Assembly: GCA_044220955.1 (NCBI GenBank)
Contig: JBGAQA010000050.1
Coordinates: 1-46,748 of the forward strand
Direction: 5' to 3'
Length of the DNA stretch: 46,748 nt
DNA from: Sandaracinaceae bacterium
Lineage (GTDB): Bacteria; Myxococcota_A; Polyangia; Polyangiales; Sandaracinaceae
Below, one piece after another: positions 1 through 12,874 of the stretch (position 1 is the stretch's first letter; each line of letters opens with the position of its first letter). Both the position numbers and the translations under genes were made by a program. The notes under the pieces were generated by a model, which saw only the letters and a program-made list of their open reading frames with translations, was not told where the DNA came from and made no database searches.

Positions 1-815
1 AGTCGCTCGCCTCGCGCGCGTACCTCGCCGTGTACACCTCGCGCACCGGAGAGCGCGGCGCGCTCGTGCGCTTCTTCGCGCAGGGCTTCCCGCGCGCCGT
101 GCGCTCGATGCTGCCCGAGCTCGCGCTCTCGATCGGCGTGTTCGCGCTCGGGATGCTCGTCAGCTACGGCCTGGTCCGCTGGGACGACCCCGAGTGGTAC
201 TTCGCGTTCGTCGACCCGGGCCTCGCGGGCGGGCGCTCGCCCGGCGCGACCACCGAGTACCTGCGCAGCATGCTCTACGACACCGAGCAGGGCGCCGACG
301 GCATGCTCTCGGTCTTCGCGAGCGCGCTCTTCTATCACAACGCCTCGATCGGCCTGACCGCGTTCGCGCTCGGCTTCGCGGCCGGAGTGCCGACCGCCCT
401 GCTCGTGTTCCAGAACGGGCTGATGCTCGGCGCGTTCGTCGCGCTCTACGACGACCATGGCCTCTTGATGCCGCTGCTCGGCTGGCTCCTGCCGCACGGC
501 GTCCCGGAGATCGGCGCCATCCTGCTCTGCGGCGCGGGCGGCCTCGCGATGGGCCGCGCGATGCTCGCGCCGGGCGAGCGCACGACGCGCGCGGCGCTCA
601 CGGACGCCGGCCGGCGCGGCGCCGTGGTCGCCGCGGGCAGCGTGCTCCTGTTCCTGGTCGCCGGCGCGGTCGAGGGCGTGTTCCGGCAGACGGTGACGAA
701 CGACTTCCTCCGCTTCGCGATGGCCGCGTTCAACGCGTCGTGGATCTCGGCCTGGCTGGTCCTGGGCAGCGCGGACCTCCCCGCGTTCCTCGCGCGGGCG
801 AGGCGGCTGCGATGA
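1..815 (+). CDS. Stage II sporulation protein M (SpoIIM/DUF95)-like membrane protein, 5'-truncated by window
   Basis: Frame is open from the window start. Multiple TM segments with the motifs 'LFYHNASIG', 'LLPHGVPEI' and 'VAGAVEG' typical of SpoIIM-family proteins. The stop overlaps the RDD start (ATGA). Confidence 0.85.
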   Translation, partial: SLASRAYLAVYTSRTGERGALVRFFAQGFPRAVRSMLPELALSIGVFALGMLVSYGLVRWDDPEWYFAFVDPGLAGGRSPGATTEYLRSMLYDTEQGADGMLSVFASALFYHNASIGLTAFALGFAAGVPTALLVFQNGLMLGAFVALYDDHGLLMPLLGWLLPHGVPEIGAILLCGAGGLAMGRAMLAPGERTTRAALTDAGRRGAVVAAGSVLLFLVAGAVEGVFRQTVTNDFLRFAMAAFNASWISAWLVLGSADLPAFLARARRLR

Positions 816-1699
816 CCGAGGATCGCGGCGGCGAGCGCTACGTCCACCTCGTGACGCCCGAGGGCGCCGATCTGGTGTTCGCGCTGGCGTCGGTGGGCGA
901 GCGCGCGATCGCGTTCAGCATCGACTTCGTCTTCAGCCAGCTGATCCTGATCCTCTTCGTGCTCATCGGCCTCGCCGCGTCGTTCATCACGGCGAGCGTC
1001 CACGTCTTCGCGATCATGCTGATCGGCGTCTTCGTGATCCGGCAGGGCTACTTCCTCTTCTTCGAGGCGCGGCTGCAGGGCTCGACGCCCGGCAAGCGCT
1101 TCCTGGGCCTGCGCGTCGTGAGCCGCGACGGGGCGCGCCTCTCGATGGAGAGCATCATCGCGCGCAACGTCCTCAGGGACCTCGAGCTCTTCCTGCCAGC
1201 GGCGTTCGCGTCGGCGCCCGACGCGCTGCTCGGTCCCTCGCCCTGGTGGCTCCGCATCCCGGCGACGATCTGGGTCCTCTTGCTGATCGGCATGCCCTTC
1301 TTGGCCCGAGAGCGCACCCGCGCGGGGGACATCGTGGCCGGTACGATCGTCGTCCGTGCGCCCAAGGCCGTGCTCGCGGCCGACGAGGCGGCCGGGCACC
1401 GCGCCAAGATCCGCTTCACCAAGGAGCAGCTCTCGATCTACGGAGAGCACGAGCTCGAGACGCTGGCCGACCTGCTCCGCAAGCTCGACGCCGACAAGGC
1501 GACCGACGAAGATCTGCGGGTGGTGGCCGCGGCGATCGCCCGCCGGATCCGGTACGAGGGCCGCGACCCCGCGCAGCAGCCGACGCTCTTCCTGCGCGCG
1601 TTCTACGCGGAGCAGCGCGCCGAGCTCGAGCGCGAGCTCGTCCTGGGGCGCCGGATCGCCGACAAGACCGAGCGGAGAGGCCCGGGCGCGAGGGCGTGA
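812..1699 (+). CDS. RDD family membrane protein
   Basis: ATG at 812. 'TPEG...LASVGERAIAFSID', 'QGSTPGKRFLGLRVV' and 'RAGDIVAGTIVV' are RDD motifs. Usual partner of SpoIIM. Confidence 0.9.
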   Translation: MTEDRGGERYVHLVTPEGADLVFALASVGERAIAFSIDFVFSQLILILFVLIGLAASFITASVHVFAIMLIGVFVIRQGYFLFFEARLQGSTPGKRFLGLRVVSRDGARLSMESIIARNVLRDLELFLPAAFASAPDALLGPSPWWLRIPATIWVLLLIGMPFLARERTRAGDIVAGTIVVRAPKAVLAADEAAGHRAKIRFTKEQLSIYGEHELETLADLLRKLDADKATDEDLRVVAAAIARRIRYEGRDPAQQPTLFLRAFYAEQRAELERELVLGRRIADKTERRGPGARA

Positions 1700-1764
1700 G
1701 GTGGCGCTCCCGGCGAGTCGCCAGCCTTGACGCTGTCTTCCGCGCGCTCGTACCATCGCCCCCG

Positions 1765-3237
1765 ATGCTTCTTTTTCCCGGTCTGCGGCGCTCCTCGCTC
1801 CTGTGGGCCGTCGTCGCGCTCACCGCTGCCGCGCCGGCCGTGGCCTCGGCCGACGAGGACGCCGACCAGGCGCTCGACCTCATGGACGAGCCCATCTCGT
1901 TCACCGACGTCGTCGACGCCTTCGACGACGACGACATCTGGGACCTGAACCTCTCGGTCGGCTACGAGCGGAACTGGGAGCTCGGACGGATCCAGCGCCA
2001 GGATCCCACGGCGTCCGACGCGCGGATGACCGACCACTGGAACGACGTCTCGAACTACGAGCGCGCCACCAACCTGCTGAACTTCCGCCTCGACGTCGGC
2101 ATCTTCCGGGACCTCGCCGCGTACGCACGCCTGCCGCTGATCCTCTCGGACGACCGCACGCTGAGCGGCGTGGGCACCAACCCCGGGCAGTACACGACCG
2201 ACGGGGTCCCGACCGCGATGGACCCGGGCGGAACGTCCATCTTCAACCCCACGTTCCGCTCTCCGACGCGCTCCGGCATCGACTACTTCGCCGCGGGCCT
2301 GGCCTGGTCGATCACGAACCAGTTCCGCGATCGAACGCTGCCCACCTGGATGGTGATGCTCGAGGGGCAGTTCAACATCGCCAGCCCGCAGCGCGCCTGC
2401 GGCACGCCCGCGGGCGGGATGATGACGTGCGGCAACCCGGCGTCGAACCCGATGAACAACACCGATCCGGGGGTGAGTCGGGGCTTCAACTTCCTGCGCT
2501 TCGAGACGCGCGCCAGCTACCGCTACGAGTCGATCGAGCCCTACGCTGGCCTCGCCTTCCAGATCGGCTGGCCGGGGTACTCGTCGAGCCAGTTCCTGCC
2601 GCAGGGCAACCTGCAGGGCTACATCGATCAGCTCCCGCCCATCCTGGGCCGCTTCACGGTCGGCACCGGGATCGTGCCCTGGGAGGATCGCGAGCACTAC
2701 CAGCGCTTCACCATCGATCTGCGCCTCGTCGGCGACTACGTGAGCGAGGGCCACGACTACTCGCCCATATTCGACGCGCTCGGCAGCTCGCAGAACCCGT
2801 ACCTCGCGACTCCGAACATCGAGGGCGTGCCGCTCAGCCCGAGCGACTCGCGCTGCGCCGACCCCCGCAACGCCGACTACTGCGGCGCCGGGATGACGAG
2901 CGGCCTGGCGACGGTGCCCTTCTACGGCCTGACCGACGTCCAGTCGCACGGCCGCTTCGGCGGAACGATCGCGCTCGAGATGCAGGCGGCGCGCTACATC
3001 CGCTTCGGCGCCAGCGCGGGCTTCCTCGTCTCGCCCCCGTACGGACTGACGATCGCCGACGCGTGCAACCCGAACGTCTCGCAGACGACGGTGAGCGACC
3101 CGCGGCTCATCGGCACCTGCCGTGGCGGCATCATCAACCCGGCGCACCGCCCGGTGATCGATCTTCCCGGTGACCGCTTCCGCATCCAGGGCTGGACGCA
3201 GGTCGACATCAACGTCTGGGTCACCGCGATGTTCTGA
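1765..3237 (+). CDS. Secreted protein, probable outer-membrane beta-barrel
   Basis: Signal peptide (AVASA|DE), alternating amphipathic strands, C-terminal Phe (…VWVTAMF) and Cys-containing loops. Confidence 0.65.
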   Translation: MLLFPGLRRSSLLWAVVALTAAAPAVASADEDADQALDLMDEPISFTDVVDAFDDDDIWDLNLSVGYERNWELGRIQRQDPTASDARMTDHWNDVSNYERATNLLNFRLDVGIFRDLAAYARLPLILSDDRTLSGVGTNPGQYTTDGVPTAMDPGGTSIFNPTFRSPTRSGIDYFAAGLAWSITNQFRDRTLPTWMVMLEGQFNIASPQRACGTPAGGMMTCGNPASNPMNNTDPGVSRGFNFLRFETRASYRYESIEPYAGLAFQIGWPGYSSSQFLPQGNLQGYIDQLPPILGRFTVGTGIVPWEDREHYQRFTIDLRLVGDYVSEGHDYSPIFDALGSSQNPYLATPNIEGVPLSPSDSRCADPRNADYCGAGMTSGLATVPFYGLTDVQSHGRFGGTIALEMQAARYIRFGASAGFLVSPPYGLTIADACNPNVSQTTVSDPRLIGTCRGGIINPAHRPVIDLPGDRFRIQGWTQVDINVWVTAMF

Positions 3238-3295
3238 ACCACGGGAGTGCTCGCCACGCGGGCCCGGAGGGGCGGGCCGAGCCATTCGATGTCGC

Positions 3296-3796
3296 ATGCG
3301 TACTGCGCTGCTCGCTCCCTCGCTCGCCGTCCTCTTCGTGCTGATCAGCGCGTGCTGCTTCATGGGCACGCAGCGGCCGGGCCCCGACGGAGGGGGCAGC
3401 GGGGCGGCGGCTGCTCCGATCCCCGCGCCGACGGCGGGCCACACATGCCATCTCGAGGTGACCGTCGTGTTCCCGGCGACGAAGCTGGACGGCTCGCCCT
3501 GGGACGTCGGCGGCGGGCGTCCGGATCCCTTCCTCGTCTTCCATCAGGATGGTGCGCGCGTCGGTCAGACGGCACGGGTGCAGGACTCGACCAGCGCGCA
3601 CTGGGCGGTCGACGTCGCGTGCGAGCACGCGCACCCGCTGGTGATCGAGGCGATCGACGGCGACGTCTCGCTCGACGACTCGGCCGACACCATCGACCTC
3701 CCAGGGCGCGACCCCGGCGCTCCCGCCGGCGCGGTCCACGTGGACACGTGGGGCACGGGCGGCGTTCACTTCGACGTCACGGTCGACTATCGCTGA
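3296..3796 (+). CDS. Putative lipoprotein with C2-like beta-sandwich domain
   Basis: Hydrophobic N-terminus ending ISAC. 'DGSPWDVGGGRPDPF' and 'AIDGDVSLDD' resemble the Ca-binding loops of bacterial C2 domains. Confidence 0.6.
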   Translation: MRTALLAPSLAVLFVLISACCFMGTQRPGPDGGGSGAAAAPIPAPTAGHTCHLEVTVVFPATKLDGSPWDVGGGRPDPFLVFHQDGARVGQTARVQDSTSAHWAVDVACEHAHPLVIEAIDGDVSLDDSADTIDLPGRDPGAPAGAVHVDTWGTGGVHFDVTVDYR

Positions 3797-3806
3797 CGGG
3801 GCGGCC

Positions 3807-4226
3807 TCAGTCGCTCCGGGTCTCGAGCCGCACGCTGCGTCCGCGCACCGCGAGCGTCGGCGAGCCGTACCCGGTGCCGTGCATCGGATCCGACCAGCGC
3901 AGCGCGCCGTCGCGGGCCACGCACGCGACCTCGCCGCCGAGGGTGACGTAGACGCCGGAGGCGTCGACGAGCATGAGCGGCATCATCGCGCTCGTCAGCG
4001 GCAGCTGCGTCTTCCAGCGCAGGGCGCCCGTCACGGGGTCGAGCGCCATCACGACGTTCGCGCACGCCACGAAGAGGGCGTCCGCCTCCACGTGGAGGCA
4101 GACGTCGCCCGCTTCGTCGAGATCCTTGCGCCAGACGACGCGTCCGGTCGCCTTGTCGAGCGCGAACGCCCGCCCGTTGTAGGCGAGGTAGAGGAGTGTG
4201 TCTTCGGTCGAGGCGCCGCGGTACAT
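3807..4226 (-). CDS. Small PQQ-like beta-propeller repeat protein
   Basis: Three repeats of the form 'A(L)DxxTGxxxW' (ALDKATGRVVW, ALDPVTGALRW, VARDGALRW). Confidence 0.75.
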   Translation of the reverse strand: MYRGASTEDTLLYLAYNGRAFALDKATGRVVWRKDLDEAGDVCLHVEADALFVACANVVMALDPVTGALRWKTQLPLTSAMMPLMLVDASGVYVTLGGEVACVARDGALRWSDPMHGTGYGSPTLAVRGRSVRLETRSD

Positions 4227-4275
4227 GCCGCGAGCGTACGCGCCCTCGGCGGGCCTGTGCTACGAGACGCGTCCC

Positions 4276-6012
<1,737 letters not shown>

Positions 6013-6018
6013 GAGCAC

Positions 6019-6261
6019 GTGGCCAAGAAGCCGAAGCGGATCACCGACGCCGTGGAGCGCGAGCCCCGGCAGGACGTCACCTGGCGCAACGCCGGGCTGC
6101 TGACGGCGTTCGCGCTCCTGCTGGTCGTCTCGATCTTCACGGTCATGGTCCCCGAGCTGACCGACGACGGTGCGGACGAAGAGGCCGACGCGGCAGGGGC
6201 GAGCGCCGCCGCTCCGCCCACGACGGACGCGCCCCCCGTCCCGCCCGCCTCGGCTCCGTGA
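6019..6261 (+). CDS. Small single-TM hypothetical protein
   Basis: GTG start 6 bp after the proS stop. One TM helix, acidic/Pro-rich tail, high GC3. Confidence 0.65.
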   Translation: MAKKPKRITDAVEREPRQDVTWRNAGLLTAFALLLVVSIFTVMVPELTDDGADEEADAAGASAAAPPTTDAPPVPPASAP

Positions 6262-6406
6262 ACTCACGCGCTGCGGGTGAGCAGCCGCACTCGCATGTCT
6301 CGCTCGTGAGGCACCACACGAGTGTCCCGGCGCGCGTGCTTCTATTCTCGCCCCATCGCTCGGACCGGGGGTCTCCGCAGCCGGCGAGTAGGGATTTCAG
6401 AAGCTC

Positions 6407-7816
<1,410 letters not shown>

Positions 7817-7826
7817 GCGCGCGAGG

Positions 7827-7849
7827 GCGGACCGGGAGCCTCGGTCCGC
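7827..7849. terminator. GC hairpin between convergent genes
   Basis: GCGGACCG-7nt-CGGTCCGC. No U-tract. Confidence 0.4.
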
Positions 7850-8314
7850 TCAGCGGCGCGTGAACGTGATCGCGGAGGTGCCGCTCCCGATCGTGAGCAT
7901 GTTTCCGGAGATGGCGTACGTCCCGTTGAGCGGGAACGGCGTGCCGGTCGTCATCCCGTCGTCCGTCGCGTTGGTGCAGCCGCTGCGGACGACGACGCCG
8001 CTCATGGCGGCGTTGGGGCTCAGCGAGAGCGTCATCATCCCGCTCGAGTTGCCGAAGACGTACGTCCCCACGTCCGTCTGGGTCTCGAGGCAGCCGGGCG
8101 TCGTCGACGACGACGAGTCGACCTGCGTGTGGATCAGCGTGTAGCCGAGGTCCGCGCGGAACGTGGCCGTCGCCGTCTGGTTGTCGGTCGACGGATCCGT
8201 GACCTGCGCGAACCAGGTCCCGACCAGGTTGTTGGTCGCCGCGGTCGACGTGGAGCATGCGGCCACGAGGCAGCTGGCGACGAACAGAGTGCGTGCGCGA
8301 AGAGGCGTAGACAT
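7850..8314 (-). CDS. Putative lipoprotein (lipocalin-like beta barrel)
   Basis: Lipobox VAAC, 'LVGTW' motif, 'GTYAISGNMLTI' terminal strands. Confidence 0.65.
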   Translation of the reverse strand: MSTPLRARTLFVASCLVAACSTSTAATNNLVGTWFAQVTDPSTDNQTATATFRADLGYTLIHTQVDSSSSTTPGCLETQTDVGTYVFGNSSGMMTLSLSPNAAMSGVVVRSGCTNATDDGMTTGTPFPLNGTYAISGNMLTIGSGTSAITFTRR

Positions 8315-8413
8315 GGCGCGAGGCTCGCGCGGGTCGCGGCGCCGGTCAAGGATCTGCGTCGATCGCGCCCTGTCCTCGCCGACCCGGATGATCTTGCTCA
8401 ACGCCGCTGCTCG

Positions 8414-8716
8414 CTACGGACGCAGGAACGAGAGGCGCACCGGGTGGAGCTCGGGCCGCATCAGGCCCGACCTCACGGACGGATCGGCCGCGACCAGCGC
8501 GCGCGCCTCCTCGGCGTCGGTCGTACAGAGGATGCCCACCCCGAAGCCGCCCTCGTCGAGGCAGGGGCCCGCGAGCAGGAGCTTCCCCTGTTCGGAGAGC
8601 CCCCTCAGGTAGTCGAAGTGCGTGCCCATGATCTCCATCTCGGCCGGCGTCGCGTCGTTCACGAACGTCGGACGCGGCGGGTGGATCATGAAGAGGTGGT
8701 GCGTGGGAGGTGGCAT
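8414..8716 (-). CDS. YciI family protein
   Basis: 'HFDYL', 'GKLLLAGP', 'EARALVAADPSV'. Confidence 0.85.
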   Translation of the reverse strand: MPPPTHHLFMIHPPRPTFVNDATPAEMEIMGTHFDYLRGLSEQGKLLLAGPCLDEGGFGVGILCTTDAEEARALVAADPSVRSGLMRPELHPVRLSFLRP

Positions 8717-8841
8717 GGGCGCACGTTCTTCGCGTTGCCAGTGGCTGTCAACGGCGGTCCGGCTCGCGTGGGCGCCACCGCGGCTCGCGCCCGTGTGAGA
8801 AAGCGTCCGGCGCGGAGCCGCCGCGCGCGTACGCCGCAGCC

Positions 8842-10152
8842 ATGATGACACGCAGGCTCGCTGGATCGTGGCTCTGGGCATGTCTGCTCGCGTGCGGCTC
8901 GCCGCAGGCGCCGACAGACGCGGGGCACCTCGACGACGTCCTCGTCGTCGCGGACGCCGGGCCCGATGCGGCGCTGCCGCATCCCGGGTCGGGCACGCAC
9001 GAGGTGACGGTGCTCGACACGACGGTCTTTCCGGGCACGCCGCTCGCGGGCGCGAGCGTCGCCTTCGACTACCCCGGCGGCGGCCGTCGCGAGGCCACGA
9101 CCGACGCCACCGGCCGCGTGACGTTCCGCGACGTCGACTGGACCGCGGGCGAGGCGGCCGTGGTCGCCTGGGCGCCCGGCTACGGAGCGTTCGCGTTCGT
9201 GGGCGTCACCGAGGGAGACGCCACGCCTTGCTTCCTCGCGCAGCTCCACCGCACCACGCACCGCGTCTCGGGCAACCTGCTGAACCGGCGCGCGCCCGGG
9301 GACAACGTCTTCGTCTCGGCGTCGAGCGGTGCGTCCTCGTTCGGCGGGCTGGCGGGGACCACCTACGACCTCGAGGTGTATGCCGGCGCGCCGCTCTTCG
9401 TCGTCGCGACCGAGTTCGGCTACTCGTCCTCGGGACGGACCGAGACCGTGACCGACCGCATCTTCGCGGGCACGTCGATCCCCGCGGCGACCGCGGACGT
9501 GACGGCGGACATCGACCTGGGAGCGCCGCTCGCGATCGAGAGCGCGTCCGGTCACGTCGCGATGCCCTCCGGCCTGTCGACGGCCCTCGCGACCGGCGCG
9601 CGGGCCATCCCGAGCGTGACGACGCGCGAGTCCGCCAGGAACCTGCTCCTCGGCGCGTTCCGCTCGACGCGGTACGACGCGGCGAGCGACGGCTTCGACT
9701 ACGTCGTCGACTTCGTGCGCCTGCCGGCCGGACGGACCGACACGGTCGTCACGAACGTGGCGCTCGTGGTCGGGGCGTTCGGCGAGGGGACACAGGTGAC
9801 GCTGCCCGGCTACCCGACGGATGCGCCGGCGCTCGACGGGTTCCTGCCGAGCCCGGTCTACGCGCCCTTCGGCGCCACGCATACCGTGCACGATCCGCTC
9901 GACCTCGACCCGCTGCCCGCGGGAAGCGGCGCGGTGCCCCTCGCCATCTTCGTCGGCGATCCGGGCGTCGTGTACACGATCGCCGGGGCGCGCACCGCGG
10001 TCCGCCGGCTGGTGCCCCCGGTGCTGCCGTCGGCGGCCGACGAGGCCACCGCGCTCGCTGGTCCGCTCGGGCTCCAGATCGCGCTCTGCGTGCCGAACGC
10101 GACCGGCGACTGCGACCGGTTCTCCGCCGGCCCGCTCACCTCCTTGTTCTGA
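8842..10152 (+). CDS. Lipoprotein with carboxypeptidase-regulatory-like domain
   Basis: Lipobox LLAC. 'PLAGASV...TTDATGRVTF' prealbumin-like motif. Confidence 0.65.
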   Translation: MMTRRLAGSWLWACLLACGSPQAPTDAGHLDDVLVVADAGPDAALPHPGSGTHEVTVLDTTVFPGTPLAGASVAFDYPGGGRREATTDATGRVTFRDVDWTAGEAAVVAWAPGYGAFAFVGVTEGDATPCFLAQLHRTTHRVSGNLLNRRAPGDNVFVSASSGASSFGGLAGTTYDLEVYAGAPLFVVATEFGYSSSGRTETVTDRIFAGTSIPAATADVTADIDLGAPLAIESASGHVAMPSGLSTALATGARAIPSVTTRESARNLLLGAFRSTRYDAASDGFDYVVDFVRLPAGRTDTVVTNVALVVGAFGEGTQVTLPGYPTDAPALDGFLPSPVYAPFGATHTVHDPLDLDPLPAGSGAVPLAIFVGDPGVVYTIAGARTAVRRLVPPVLPSAADEATALAGPLGLQIALCVPNATGDCDRFSAGPLTSLF

Positions 10153-10218
10153 TCCGCGCTCGGGCACGACGCGGGCGCGGGTACTCTCCCTGCATATGCC
10201 TCTCGTCCGCGTGGACCG

Positions 10219-10824
10219 ATGACGTCGAAGATCCTGGTGGTGTACTGCCACCCGAACCCCGCGAGCTACTCGCACGCCGTGCTCGAGGCGGTGCGCGCCG
10301 GGCTCGCGCGCGTGGGGAGCGAGGTGCAGGTGGTGGATCTCCACGCCGAGGGCTTCGAGCCGCGCCTGGTGGTCGACGAGCAGCATCGCCGGCGCGACCT
10401 CGACAAGGTGGAGGACACGCGGCGCTATCGCGAGCAGATCGCGTGGTGCGACGCGATGGTCTTCGTCTACCCGGTCTGGTGGGGCGGCTTCCCCGCGATG
10501 CTCAAGGGCTACATCGACCGTACCTTCGTCTCCGGACTGACGTACTCCTTCCAGGGCCGGCCGAAGGACGCCGTGTTTCCCCACGGCCTCATGCGGGGCA
10601 AGGAAGCGCACTTCTTCTACACGCTCGACTCGCCGCCGATCGTCGCGCTCGTCGATCCGGGCTGGCTCTCGAGCTACTTCACGGTGTTTCGCTACTGCGG
10701 CTTCGGTCCGGTGCGCCGGTACTATCTCTCGCGCCTCAAGCTCACGACGCCGGAGGTGCGGGCGCGCTGGCTCGCGCGCGTGGAGGTGTACGCCGGGGCG
10801 ATCGCCGCGCGTCTCGCGCGCTGA
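10219..10824 (+). CDS. NAD(P)H-dependent oxidoreductase, flavodoxin-like (quinone reductase family)
   Basis: 'VYCHPNPASY', 'YPVWWGGFPAMLKGYIDR'. Confidence 0.92.
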   Translation: MTSKILVVYCHPNPASYSHAVLEAVRAGLARVGSEVQVVDLHAEGFEPRLVVDEQHRRRDLDKVEDTRRYREQIAWCDAMVFVYPVWWGGFPAMLKGYIDRTFVSGLTYSFQGRPKDAVFPHGLMRGKEAHFFYTLDSPPIVALVDPGWLSSYFTVFRYCGFGPVRRYYLSRLKLTTPEVRARWLARVEVYAGAIAARLAR

Positions 10825-10837
10825 GCGTCGTGGTAGC

Positions 10838-12859
10838 GTGCCCGACGTGCCCGACGCGCGCGACGAGAGCGCCGTGGAGACGGCTGCGGGGGCGACGCTC
10901 GAGGCGCTCGCGCGCACGCTGCCGATCGCGTCGTTCGATCGGGCGATGAGCGCGACGATCCGCCCAGGCACGCTCGACGCGCGTGGGCTCGCCGCGACGA
11001 CGGCGCCGCTTCGGGTCGAAGGCCTGCCGACCACGCGCGGCGCGACGCCAGCCGCCTCCAGCGCTTCCGCCACGCTGCCCCGCCTCGAGGTGCGCGAGCC
11101 CGACGCCGACAACACGGCCGACCTCGAGCTCCTGAGCCGCCTCGGCGAGGGGGGCATGGGCGTCGTGTGGCTCGCGCGGCAGCGGACCCTCGCGCGCGAG
11201 GTGGCGGTCAAGCGCCTCAAGCACGCGGGCGACGTGGCGGCGGCGACGAGCTCGCTCCTGGCCGAGGCGCGCGCGACCGGCGCGATCGAGCACCCGAGCG
11301 TCGTGCCGGTGCACGCCCTGGGCGCCGACGAGAGCGGCGCGCCGCTGCTCGTGATGAAGCGCATCGAGGGTCACTCGCTCGAGGCCCTCGTGAAGAGCCC
11401 GGAGCATCCCGCGTGGCCCGCGCTCGAGCGGCGTCACGGCGACCGCATCGGCGCGATCGTCGAGATCCTCGCGCGCGTCGCGGACGCGCTCGAGCTCGCG
11501 CATGCGCGCGGCGTGATCCACCGCGACGTGAAGCCGGAGAACGTCATGGTCGGCAGCTTCGGCGAGGTCTACCTCGTCGACTGGGGCATCGCGCTGCGCC
11601 TCGACGCGATGACCGAGGCCGATCGCGGGCTCGCGAGCATCGTCGGCACGCCGTCCTTCATGGCGCCCGAGATGGCCGCCGGGGCGACGCCGCGGCTCGA
11701 CGCGCGCACGGACGTGTACCTGCTGGGCGCGACGCTCCACGCGGCGATCACGGGCCGTCCCAGACACGAGGGCCACACCCTCACCGAGGTGCTGCTCGCC
11801 GCGCTCCTCTCGCGCCCCCGGACCTATCCCACCGAGCTCGAGGAGCTCGGGGAGCTCGCCAACCGCGCGACGAGCGCGGACAAGTCGTCCCGGCCCGCCA
11901 GCGCCGCGGCGTTTCGCGAGGCGCTCGCGGACTTCGTGCGCCACCGCGGCTCGATGCGCCTCGTGCGCGAGGCGGAGGAGCGGCTGGGGGCCCTCGATGG
12001 CGCGGGCCCCGAGCTGCTGGCGTCCGGCGAGGCGACCCGTGCGCTCGCGGAGAGCCGCTTCGCGCTGACCCAGGCGCTTCGCGAGTGGCCCGGCAACGGC
12101 GCGGCGCGCGCGGCCCTCGACCGCACGCTGGATCGGCTGATCGAGGCCGAGCTCCACCGTCGATCGCCCGAGGCCGCCGCCGCGCTCGCGAGGGAGCGCT
12201 CGGGGCCGGACGCGGCGCTCGCCGCGCGTATCGACGCCTCGCGGGCGGCCGTGGCCGAGGCGCGCCGCCTCGAGGAGCGCGCCCGGCGCGAGGAGATCGA
12301 GCGCGACCCGACCAAGACCGCGCGGCAGCGCGCCTGGATCGCGGGGGCGCTGATCGTGCTCACGGTCGTGCTCGTCGCGATGGGGTGGGGCTCGGAGCAG
12401 TCGCACGTGGACGGCGTCCGGGCGATGGGGGAGGTGCTCGTCTACGACGGAGTCTTCCTCGGCAGCGCCATCGCGCTCCTCGCGCTCTTCCGCCGGCGCC
12501 TCTTCTCGAACCGGCTCGGCCGGCAGACGAGCATGGTGATGGTGGCGCTCCTGGCGCTCGGCACGGTCTCCGACGGCGTCTTCTATCTCCGGGACGCCGA
12601 CCCCCGTGACGCGGGGCCGTCCGCGATGCTCACGATGGCGAGCGTGCTCGTCGGCGCGGGCATCGCGATCGATGGGCGCATGCTCGTCGCGGGCGGGTTC
12701 TTCCTCGCGGCGGGCGTCGTGTGTGCGCTCTGGCCCGCGCTGACGATCCCGGCGATCGGCGCCGCCGCCGTGGGCGGCCTGCTCGTCGTCCTCGTGGACG
12801 CCCTGTTCCAGGTGCGCGGGCGAGAGGGCGCTCCCCCGCCCGACGGTGCGTCGGGCTGA
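10838..12859 (+). CDS. Ser/Thr protein kinase with C-terminal TM segments
   Basis: GEGGMG, VAVK, HRDVKPEN, DWG, GTPSFMAPE. About 5 TM helices at the C-terminus. Confidence 0.93.
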   Translation: MPDVPDARDESAVETAAGATLEALARTLPIASFDRAMSATIRPGTLDARGLAATTAPLRVEGLPTTRGATPAASSASATLPRLEVREPDADNTADLELLSRLGEGGMGVVWLARQRTLAREVAVKRLKHAGDVAAATSSLLAEARATGAIEHPSVVPVHALGADESGAPLLVMKRIEGHSLEALVKSPEHPAWPALERRHGDRIGAIVEILARVADALELAHARGVIHRDVKPENVMVGSFGEVYLVDWGIALRLDAMTEADRGLASIVGTPSFMAPEMAAGATPRLDARTDVYLLGATLHAAITGRPRHEGHTLTEVLLAALLSRPRTYPTELEELGELANRATSADKSSRPASAAAFREALADFVRHRGSMRLVREAEERLGALDGAGPELLASGEATRALAESRFALTQALREWPGNGAARAALDRTLDRLIEAELHRRSPEAAAALARERSGPDAALAARIDASRAAVAEARRLEERARREEIERDPTKTARQRAWIAGALIVLTVVLVAMGWGSEQSHVDGVRAMGEVLVYDGVFLGSAIALLALFRRRLFSNRLGRQTSMVMVALLALGTVSDGVFYLRDADPRDAGPSAMLTMASVLVGAGIAIDGRMLVAGGFFLAAGVVCALWPALTIPAIGAAAVGGLLVVLVDALFQVRGREGAPPPDGASG

Positions 12860-12874
12860 CGGCGGCGCGGAGGC

